Assembly (NCBI GenBank): GCA_039096225.1
Contig: JBBPEB010000032.1
Span: forward strand, 930,001 to 994,000
Length of the DNA: 64,000 bases
Source of the DNA: Blastocystis sp. Blastoise
Lineage: Eukaryota; Protista; Bigyra: Opalinata
Direction: 5' to 3'
Part shown: in pieces, positions 28,108 to 38,445 of the stretch
Layout of the letters: every line of letters begins with the position of its first letter
How positions within the stretch are numbered: the stretch's first letter is position 1
Notes under the pieces: generated by a model
The model's database searches: none
What the model was told of the DNA's origin: nothing
What the model saw: only the letters and a program-made list of their open reading frames with translations
Program-made: the position numbers and the translations under genes

Positions 28108-29276
28108 ATGGCTACTGCTAACGATATTAAGTTATTTGGCAAATGGTATGAGATGATTCACTGAATAATTTTTAAATATGAATAATTATCATTAATATTA
28201 TTTTTTAAATGTCAATTAAAATGATTTTTTCTTATTTTTATATTCTATTGGAGTTTCGAAGGAATCGAAATTACCGATATGGCTGTTAAGGTATATATAT
28301 TTTTTGTATTTATTTGTAATTAATTGTATATAGGATCACATTGCTGCTCATCCTAAGAACGCTACTTATCTTCCCCACACTGCTGGTCGTTATCAACTCA
28401 AGAGATTCCGTAAGGGTCAAGTATGTGAATTTTTTATTATTATTTATTGTCATTTTATTATTTTTTTTTATTATTTGTGTTATTTTTATTATATTATTAT
28501 TAATTTATTATTATTATTATTAATATTCAATTAAATATTTATAAATTAACCTTGATTATATATTAATCCATTATAATGTCCTCTTGTTGAAAGACTTGCT
28601 AACTGTCTTATGTTCCATGGTCGTAACACTGGTAAGAAACTTAACGCTATGAAGATTGTTGAATCTGCTTTTGATATCATCAACCTCATGACCGATAGAA
28701 ACCCCATTGAAGTATTTATATATATTTATTTATTATTGTGATTATTCATTTATTATTATTCATTTATTATTATTATTCATTTATTATTTATTATTGTGAT
28801 TATTCATTTATTATTATTCATTTATTATTATTCATTTATTATTATTCATTTATTATTATTCATTTTCTATATTCTTCTTCTATAGGTCGTCATTGATGCC
28901 GTTATCAATGCTGGTCCTCGTGAAGATTCTACCCGTATCGGTAGTGGTGGTGTTGTCCGTCGTCAAGCTGTCGATGTCTCCCCCTTCAGACGTGTTTCTT
29001 ATGCTCTTAGTCTTCTTACCCAAGGTGCATGTATTTTATTTATTATTTTTATTATTAATTTCTATATCATTATTATTTCCTAATATATACATCACAATAT
29101 AAATAAACTTAATAATAATTCTATATAAATGTGCTCGTGAAGCTTCTTTCCGTAACCTCAAGTCTATGTCTGAATGTTTAGCTGATGAACTCATCAACGC
29201 TTCTAAGGGTTCTTCTAACTCTTATGCTATTAAGAAGAAGGATGAAATTGAACGTGTTGCTAAGGCTAACCGATAA
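28108..29276 (+). CDS. RPS5: 40S ribosomal protein S5 (uS7), 6 exons
   Basis: [90 protein letters not shown]. Introns 1, 3 and 5 lack an AG at the junction implied by conservation. Confidence 0.97.
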
Positions 29277-30130
29277 GGGCTCTACCTTATACAGATATTT
29301 ATATATTTATTTCTTATATATATTATCTGTATTAAAAGGAGGTGTGGTGGTCTCCATTGTTTTTATCAACGATAATCCAAAAATAGATGTCCATCGTTTT
29401 GTTTTTCATTTTTTTATTATTCATTTTTCACTTTTTTTTTCCTATTATTCATTATTTGTCATTTAAATTTTTTTTTGACTTTGAAAAAACATTGCCTTGT
29501 TCATATTTTATGGTTATTAAAGAATAATGAATAAAAATAATAATAAGGCAAATTGTGAAATAAAATGAAAGTCAAACAAAACAAATGACGATAATAATTA
29601 TTAAAACATTAAACTAGTGAAAAAAATTAAATTGTTATGTTCTCATTCCCTCAGAATAAGTCCTCAAAGAGTAATCAGTACCGAAAAAAAATAATCATTG
29701 AACATAACATTACATAATAATAATAATATATATATAAATAAACTTTCACTTACTAGAATACATTAAATTCACTATGACAATAGCATAATTATCACTTTAC
29801 AAACATTTCATAAAGAAGAAAGATTAAATAATAAATTATGTCTACAAAAAAGGATTGAAGAGAAACAAATCACATCAGAATCAAAAGAATGACATTTCTC
29901 TTAAACACTGGAAATTACTAACACACAACAACCTTGGATTGATTGAATAAAGAAAAGAGATTCGGATGTGTAAAACCATGAGAATCACAATTATTCTGAT
30001 ACCTTTCTTTTTTGCTGACAATTGTTGAAATCATATTCAGTTCCGAACGAAAATTCATAAAAATAATTTTGTTTTATAAAAAATTTTGTTTTATTATTTG
30101 TGAATTATTTCCAAATTGAATTATTTAAAA

Positions 30131-31270
30131 ATGTTAAAGAGGTAATTAAATAAAGTATTGAATCATTTATCTGCGTAGTCATATTTCTCCTTCTGTTTTA
30201 TCTTCCGATTTCTCTCATTTAGCTGAAGAATCAAATAGAATGCTTTCTGTATATATTCTTGTTTGATTAAAAATATATTATATAACTATTATAGAGTGGT
30301 GCTGACTGGATTCATTTAGATGTCATGGTATGTTTTCATTATTTTGTTTTTATTCATCCTTTATTATTATTTATTTTATCTATAGGATGGGTAAATTATA
30401 TCATACAATCAATTATAATCATTTTTTGTAGACATTTTGTTCCTAATCTCACTTTTGGTGCTCCTGTCATCAAATGTTTACGTAAAAACTGCACTGGTTT
30501 CTTTGATTGTCATTTGATGGTTGAGAATCCTGCTTTTTATATTAATGATATGGCTAAAGCTGGTGTAGATCAATTTATATTTCATGTAGAAGCTGTAGGT
30601 ATGATTTTATTCATTATAAATATATTATTATGAATGTTATTTATGAATATTTTCTTGGGTAAAATAAAATAATTGGGTTTTTTTTATAATATAATAATTA
30701 TATAATATGTATATATATATGTCTTCTTCTTATAGAGAATGTAAAGGAAGTCATGGAAGCTGTTAAAGCTGCAGGAATGAAGGTAGGTCTCGCTGTTAAA
30801 CCCAATACTCCCGTTGAATCTGTATTCCCCTTTGCTAAAGAACTGTATGTTATTGTTATTAATTTTATTATTATTATTATTATTATTTTTATTTTTATTA
30901 TATATATATTATAAATAAAAAATAAATTATTATAAATATAAAGTGATGAAGTTTTAATTATGGGTGTTGAACCTGGATTTAGTGGTCAGAAATTTAAACC
31001 TGAATGTGTTAATAAAATAAAAGCTTTAAGAACAAATTTCCCTTCTTTAAATATTGGTATTGATGGTGGTGTTAATAACGAAACTATTGGTGCTGTCACT
31101 GAAGCTGGTACATATAATATATATATATATAATAATATATTCAATATTATTTTTTATAAATACATTATATAGGTGCTAATGTTGTTATTTCTGGTTCTGC
31201 TCTTTTCAATTCAACTGAACCTGCAAAATTTATTCAAGAATTAAGATCTGAAATTGAAAAACATTTATAA
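30131..31270 (+). CDS. RPE: Ribulose-phosphate 3-epimerase, 8 exons
   Basis: [51 protein letters not shown]. Seven GT-AG introns, including a 5-nt microexon. Confidence 0.95.
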
Positions 31271-31639
31271 ATTAGTATTTTTTAGTCTTTCTGTCCCTCA
31301 TTGTTTTTTTTATTTGTTGTTATTTACTTGTTTTTATAATCTTCTTTTGTTCATTTCATCTGTTTCATTCTGAAAACATATATATATATATATCGAATAA
31401 AAATCTATGTTATAAAAAAAGAAAACTATAAAAAACATTCACTAGTAGGCACGTTTTTCGCGTTAGATATATTTTTGGGTCACGTTAGATAACGAAAACG
31501 CACCAAAGCGTTCTCGCCTTTTTTTTAGACATACTTTTAAAATTTAGACAGACATCTAGCTTTTTAAGAAAGGATAAAATTTGAAAAATTAGAAATGAAT
31601 TATGAATTCATATATATTTTTTTAAATTTATTGTTTATA

Positions 31640-34600
31640 TGAACAAATTAGAACTTATTACAGTGATTATAGATGTTTCTAAGCAGTGTTCATGATGTGT
31701 TAGTATTTATTTATAAAATTTATCATAGTGTTTTACATCATTCTTATAGGTTTTCCATTCTGGATATCCTCTTCCTTTCAGACATTCTCCTTGACCAGTT
31801 TTAGAAAGGTACATAACATGGATGCGTTGTTTTATTTATTATAAGGTATTTTATTACATTTCTTTTTTAATTCACTTAGATTTCTCAGTTATTCTCGTCA
31901 GTACTTCTTCTAAATAACAAGTCAAGACAATATAGAGCGTATATAAATATATCTATTTAATTTTTTATTGCATTGGCACATTTCTCTTTTTTCTCTTTTC
32001 CTATCAAAAATATTCATTTGATTTTTATTTACCCTATTCATATTTTATATATATTTACAATTTATATATTATATAGAAATGTTATTTCTTACTCCATTCT
32101 TGAATCTTGTGGTTTCTCTGATATTTTCAAATACCAAATACGATATCAGTTGTAAAATAGTTTGTATATATATATGTTTATTTATTTGTATTTAATTATT
32201 TATTTTATCTATTTAATTATATTATTAATATAAGAATTTATTTATTTGTATATTTGTATATAGAATATATGCATTATATATATAGATGAGAAATGAGTTG
32301 GTATTCGTGATTATAATATTCATTATACAGATAATTTTATTACAAAACAACCTTCAAATTATCAAAAGTATATATATATTTATTATTATTATATTTTTTT
32401 ATATAGATATATATATTCAAATTTATATTCAAAAGAAGATAGAGTAGAAACAGTATGTGATAAAGTGAATGATTATGCTGATAATAATATTCGGGCTTTT
32501 GTTGCTATTTCTCGTATATATATATATATAATTAATGAATATAATTCTATATAGCTATAATATATACAATGAGTACCTATTATGATTATACTGCTGCAGG
32601 AGATGGATGTTGTTTCGTAGAGGATATTACTGATGATTTCCATAATAATGAAGTGATTTCTCGATTATGTTGTTTAGATCCCCAAGGGAATACTGACTTT
32701 CAGAAATGGGGAAGTTCTAAAGAAACTGGATTTGTGGAATCAGAACTCAATGATTATTATCTTCCTGTGTATATATATATTATATTTTTTTTTATTCTTC
32801 TTTTTATAGTGCATCTATGAAATCTACATATTCTACATTCAATACATGGTTTACAGAAAGTAATAATTCTTATTCTTTCTCTTTTCCTCTTATTGGTATT
32901 ATTGGTACCAAAAACCTTCTTACACTTAATTAGTATGTATATATATTATTATTATTATATTTTAGTTTATTATTCTATTAATTATCAATCTATAGATTGA
33001 ATCTATTTTGTTACCTGATGTATCATTTCTTTTCGTCATTTATTCTTACAATATACATTCGAAATAACAACTTACTTATTACTGTAAGAATAAAAAGTAT
33101 ATTATTTATATTATATATATATATATGGTATTTATATAATAACATATTTTTTATCTCTGTTTCTGATAAATATAATTCACTTATATATATTAATGATAAT
33201 AGGTTTTATATAAATATTTATTTATAGTTTCGATGTACATCCAGATATATAGAAGATTCTAGATATCTCATCACGTGATCACCTCGTGACTCCCTCAATC
33301 CCCCTTTAACGGATACTATTCTCGGTATGTACCTCAAGTTATATGTTGAGGTATATAGAGATAAACTACATTATTATTAATATTATTACTCTTTATATAA
33401 ATCTATAGAGGCTTCTTTATATGAATATATGAATCTATTACAATCATTATGGGCAGATATCGACTTTGGAAAAGATGTATATATATATATTATGTTATTA
33501 CTGTTATTACATATATAGTTTGAATACTTATTTTCTATGTATAAATTAAGCATATATATATATATATATAGTTACTCTCTTTCTTCACTTGAAACTATTT
33601 GTAATGAAAGGTGTATACATATATATATATTATGGTGTATTTATTATTATTATATATATAGTTATTAGAATTTTTTACCAAGTGATTTTCCCTCGCCAAA
33701 TTGATGTTGATGAATATATTAATACACTGAAATTTGCTGAAAAATGAAAAATGTAATTATATTAGTTTTTATTATGATTTATTTATATATATATATATAG
33801 TTATCAAGATCCTTATGATTATCAAAAATTATATATTAATATATATATATATATTGATGAGATCAAATATTAAAAATAAAATTGATGTATATAATAATAA
33901 TTATTATTATATATATATATATATAGGGAATTACTAATTTAACTACATTATTTCATGATCTTCAAACGATAAAGAAATCTGCTATTTATAAATCACTTGT
34001 TCAATACATACGAGACAGAGTATATAACTATATATATCTATATATTACTTATATATATTACTTATTATATATAGGATATATTAGATGTATTATTCCAACA
34101 GTGTTTAAATACACAAACATTACGATTGTCTCTCTCTCTCTTCTTCAACATATATGTACTGTTATCCTTGTATTTACTTATTATTATTATATTCTTTATT
34201 ATTATTATATATATACATATTCTTATTCATATATATATAGTTAACAAATAAGAATATTGATATATTTTATGAAGCTGTTCATAATAACCGTATATATGAA
34301 TTCATTCAAGCAACTACCATTATATGTCAACTCCTCCCTCTCTTCCCTAATCAACGTATATATATAGTATTATTATTATACTTATTATTATATATAGAAC
34401 ATGAATATTTACAAAATTTATTATTAAATACAAGTGTTGATATATGTACAGAACAAGTATATATATATATTTATATTTATATTATATATAGAGTATTAAA
34501 GTATTAAGTAAATTGTTAGTATTATATATAAATGACATCCCTGAATCACAACCTATTCCTGATTCTATTCGAAATTCTATTGTATATATTATGTATTATA

Positions 34601-35631
34601 ATAACATTCTTATTATTATTATAGAAAACAGTTGGTGAATATATTTTCCGTTAAGGATGCATTTGTACTCCCGAATCAAATGAAGAAAAGCACGTGATAT
34701 TCTCATTGATTCCACTTTATAAATCAGATAGCTTTGTATATATATATATATATATATATTATTATTATTATTATATATTATCATAGACTTCTTAACAACA
34801 TGGTTTAAGAATGCAATATATTTAAATGATGGTTATAAATCATTCTTCAATTTATTATATACTTTTGAACCTTCTCTGAAATCCATTTCAGTTATATACC
34901 TTACTATCTCGTTTCTTACTATAATATTATATCATATTATTATATATAATACAAAGAAGAGAAATAATATTAGTAAGTCTATATATATATAAATATGAAT
35001 CGAATTATATTCCTCAAGATATTATGTATACATTATTAGCAAGAACAGAAGAAATTATTCAAATAACTCGTTGTCCTTCTTCTTATATACCTCCTCAATT
35101 ACATACATTAAAGAAGATAAATAGTCATTCTATTTCCTTTAATATGAGTCATAATAGTTTAGAAGAAGTATATAGTCCTCCTTTTCCTCCTCCTCCTACT
35201 ACTACTAATTATTTCATAGGTGCATATAAAGATACAGGAAATGATTTGATGGATGATGATGATATGGAAGTACCTGAAGAAGAAGAAATAGGATTAATGA
35301 ATACATATGAAGAGAAAGAAAGAGGAGAAGGAGAAGAAAAACCTATTGGTGAACTGATTTATGAATTGAGTTATATACTGAATACTGTTGAAATTGAAGG
35401 TGAGAAGAAATAGGAAAGAAAAAAGAAAAAGAAATGATAGATATGTTTAGGTATATAGGAAAAAGAGAAGAAAATGAATATTGTATGTTTTATATTTATT
35501 ATATTTATTACATTTATTATGGTTTTATTATGTATAATATATAGCTATTGGTGTTCAATATGCATATTCTCTTCTTCGTAATCGACTGAAAACCGCGAGT
35601 AAAGAAGAAAAATATGATGTGAATATGATTT

Positions 35632-35717
<86 letters not shown>

Positions 35718-36620
35718 CAATCTATAGATATGTGAATCTTTCTTCATCTACTTATATGATCTTCTTATTAAATATTTTATTAGATATACTTAATTATTCC
35801 CGTGGTTATATACTACTTTCCTATTATCTTCTCCTTCATCATCCCTCCTTACAGTGGCTTGTTGTCTTTATAAATCAATAATCGCGGGAAATACTTACTC
35901 TCAAGAATATTTTAATTATGTATATATATATTCACTTTATATAACTTTTGATGTAGCATATTATATATTATTTACTATTTTATATTTGTTATTAATTATA
36001 TAATATATATATATATAGATAGATATTAGACATACTACAAACAAGGCTTATTATATACTTATGAACTACAGATACATCAATATATATACTGCTACATACC
36101 TCCTATAATACCAGCGTTTTATATCCCTCATTGAGAGCCATAATTATCAAAACATTATTATATGTCTTGTATATATATATATATACTATTATACTTATTA
36201 TATTTAATATTTTTATTTTATTATTATATATGTTATATAGACTGATAGATAATGCGCTTTGTATATTGTAGATGATGAAAAATCTCATATATATATATAT
36301 ACTAAATTATAGATATTTTTATAATTAATTTATATAGGATAAAGAAAGAGTCATATACATATATATATTTTTATTGTCTATTAACTTTTATATATGTCTT
36401 CTATTATGTTATATTTAATTATATATTATTCATTTTGTTTTGTAAATATTATAGAATGAGATTATTGTAAAGAATTCTTTTCGAATAAAGTAAAATGGAA
36501 TACGTATTAATCCTGTTTATATTTTTATTAGATTTTATTATTTTATGCTGATAACAACTTGCAAACCTTCTCAATTCATTCACTTACTTGTAATATCAAC
36601 AATCCATTAAAATAAAATAT
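31640..36620 (+). pseudogene. Decayed multi-exon gene copy inside the CACTA element (product unknown; boundaries approximate)
   Basis: More than 20 GTATAT...TATAG introns separate exon-like blocks with host-like codon usage. In-frame stops occur in the best frames (e.g. 32294, 32931, 33276, 33745, 34652, 36106), and some adjacent exons are frame-incompatible. Confidence 0.6.
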
Positions 36621-37118
36621 ATTATAATAAAAATGTTTGTAAAATGTGAATAATGAGGTTATAAACAACTATGTCAAATATATATTTTTATTCTCTATGG
36701 CATTTATATTATGAATCAAATACTATTATATATATATTACTCACAAATATTTTAAATTGAAATTACATTCTGTTAAAAATAACATTTTTTTGTTCTTTTA
36801 AGTCTAGAAACATGTTGTAATGAAGTAATCTAGCTTAATACATATAAAATACATTTATAACTCAATTTAGCATTCAAATAGACGTTTTAGTAGAAAAAAG
36901 GAGAATTTTAGAGAATTGATAACCCCTGGAAATAAAGAAATTTATAGAGACTTTTATTATAGAAAAAAAAGATTTTCTGTATTTTTAGGGCCATGTATGT
37001 ATTTTTAAAATAAATTCTAAAAAATTTCATATTTATTTTTATTTTTAATTGATTCGCAACTATTTTATATAGTTTTTAAAATGTATACTATATAATTTAT
37101 TTATTTTATATCATATAG

Positions 37119-37608
37119 GCTTACGGGTCCGTCGAAATAGCTTCAAATAGGTCCTGATTCCTCTTCATATTTTAAAGTTAACTCATGAGTTGTGTGGTTT
37201 AGGTGATCCGAAATCCGGTGCTATAAAAGGTATATATTTTTACATTGTTGTAGTTTTTTATTAATATTATCTTCTATAGGTTCAGATGTTGTAGGAGGTC
37301 TCGCTAGTCGACAACTTCATGGTTCTAAAGGTATTTAATTATATTAATATTTTTTGAAATTAACTATTTTTTATTTTTATATAGGTTCTAGGTTTTCTCA
37401 GTGGTTCCGATTGGTCAACAATTTCTTGGTGGTTGAAGGTATATTATTATATTATATATATTTGTTTACATCTATTTTTATAGTTGTGGTTTTTCTTCAT
37501 GGAGTCGCTTTAGAAGTTTCATTACAAGGTATATATTAATTTATTATCTATATTATTATTATTTCTATTATTTTTATATGTATAGTCATCAAAATGGTTC
37601 CCACTTAG
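37119..37608 (+). other. Short spliced locus (at least 5 GC-elevated exons) without a convincing ORF: second cargo fragment or ncRNA
   Basis: Four AAG|GTAT...TAG junctions separate GC-richer blocks; the first block has stops in all three frames. Confidence 0.45.
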
Positions 37609-37859
37609 TTAAAACAAACAAAAATAATTATTATTTTTCTTATTTTTCTTATTTTTCTTATTGTTTTAATTATTATATTATTATTTATTGTCTTTTGTTA
37701 ATATAATTTTAATTATCATTCACACAACGATTAAATTAATAAATAAGACAGGTTTTATCCAACAAATAGCACCCAAATTCTATCTTTAAAATACTTGATA
37801 ATGTGTTTAAAATGTGTATTAGAGAAAAATATAGATACCTTTAGAGCAGATAAAATACA

Positions 37860-38270
37860 AATAGACATATATTTGCCTTGTGTTAGAAAAGAAAAACACC
37901 AAAAACTGCTCTTAAAAAAAAGATGCCAGCTGTGTCAGACGTGTTAGATAACTTCCTGGCATATGGTTAGAGAAGAAAATGGCTCATTTTTTAGATAAGG
38001 TTTTGTTACCCAATAGATAGATTTTTTTACTAAAAACAAAATGCCTACTAGTGAATAGACAGATATTTGCCTTGTGTTAGAAAAGAAAAACACCAAAAAC
38101 TGCTCTTAAAAAAAAAGATGCCAGCTGGGTCAGACGTGTTAGATAACTTCCTGGCATATGGTTAGAGAAGATTTTTTGTCGTTAGATAAGAAAATAGCCC
38201 TTTTTTTAGATAAGGTTTTGGTTACCCATTAGATAGATTTTTTTACTAAAAAACAAAATGCCTACTAGTG
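37860..38270. repeat. Imperfect tandem duplication of the CACTA right end (37860-38053 and 38054-38270)
   Basis: Both units start AATAGACA(T/G)ATATTTGCCTTGTGTTAG and end ATGCCTACTAGTG; unit 2 has a ~20-bp insertion. Confidence 0.92.
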
Positions 38271-38445
38271 ATTGTTGAACACAAAAAAAAATAAAAAAAA
38301 ATATCGAAAACTGGAAGTTCGTTTCTTTTTTCAGAACTTTCTCTTTTTTATAAAAATGAACGAGAAGTACCTTTTAAAATAAAAATTTTCATCTAAAATT
38401 TTTTGCTTATTTAATTATTTATTATCATTTTAATTATACCCTTTC

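Larger units (their letters stand above)
31440..38270. mobile_element. Non-autonomous CACTA (En/Spm) element carrying gene cargo (Pack-CACTA), 6831 bp
   Basis: Left end CACTAGTAGGCA (31440-31451), right end TGCCTACTAGTG (38259-38270); identical 3-bp flanks ATT (31437-31439, 38271-38273); subterminal (G/T)TTAGA(T/C)A-type repeats at both ends; no TnpD-like ORF seen. Confidence 0.85.

Noticed and set aside
28146-29130. U12-type introns or intronic snoRNAs as explanation for the odd RPS5 introns
   Set aside because: No RTATCCTT donor is present, and no convincing box C/D pair with a terminal stem was seen.
31640-36620. Genome-wide stop-codon reassignment (UGA=Trp) suggested by in-frame TGAs and by no traced gene ending in TGA
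   Set aside because: The long intact ORFs (1023 and 1226 aa) encode all Trp with TGG. In-frame stops of all three kinds are confined to the transposon cargo, which fits decay.
37140-37160. TCC TGA T as an antizyme +1 frameshift site
   Set aside because: The +1 frame stops after about 10 codons and has no antizyme similarity.
37860-38270. CRISPR-like array
   Set aside because: Only two long tandem units without spacers, in a eukaryotic context.
38259-38273. CTAG near the repeat end as a Helitron 3' terminus
   Set aside because: It is part of TAGTG, which pairs with CACTA at 31440 and has a 3-bp TSD; CACTA explains it better.
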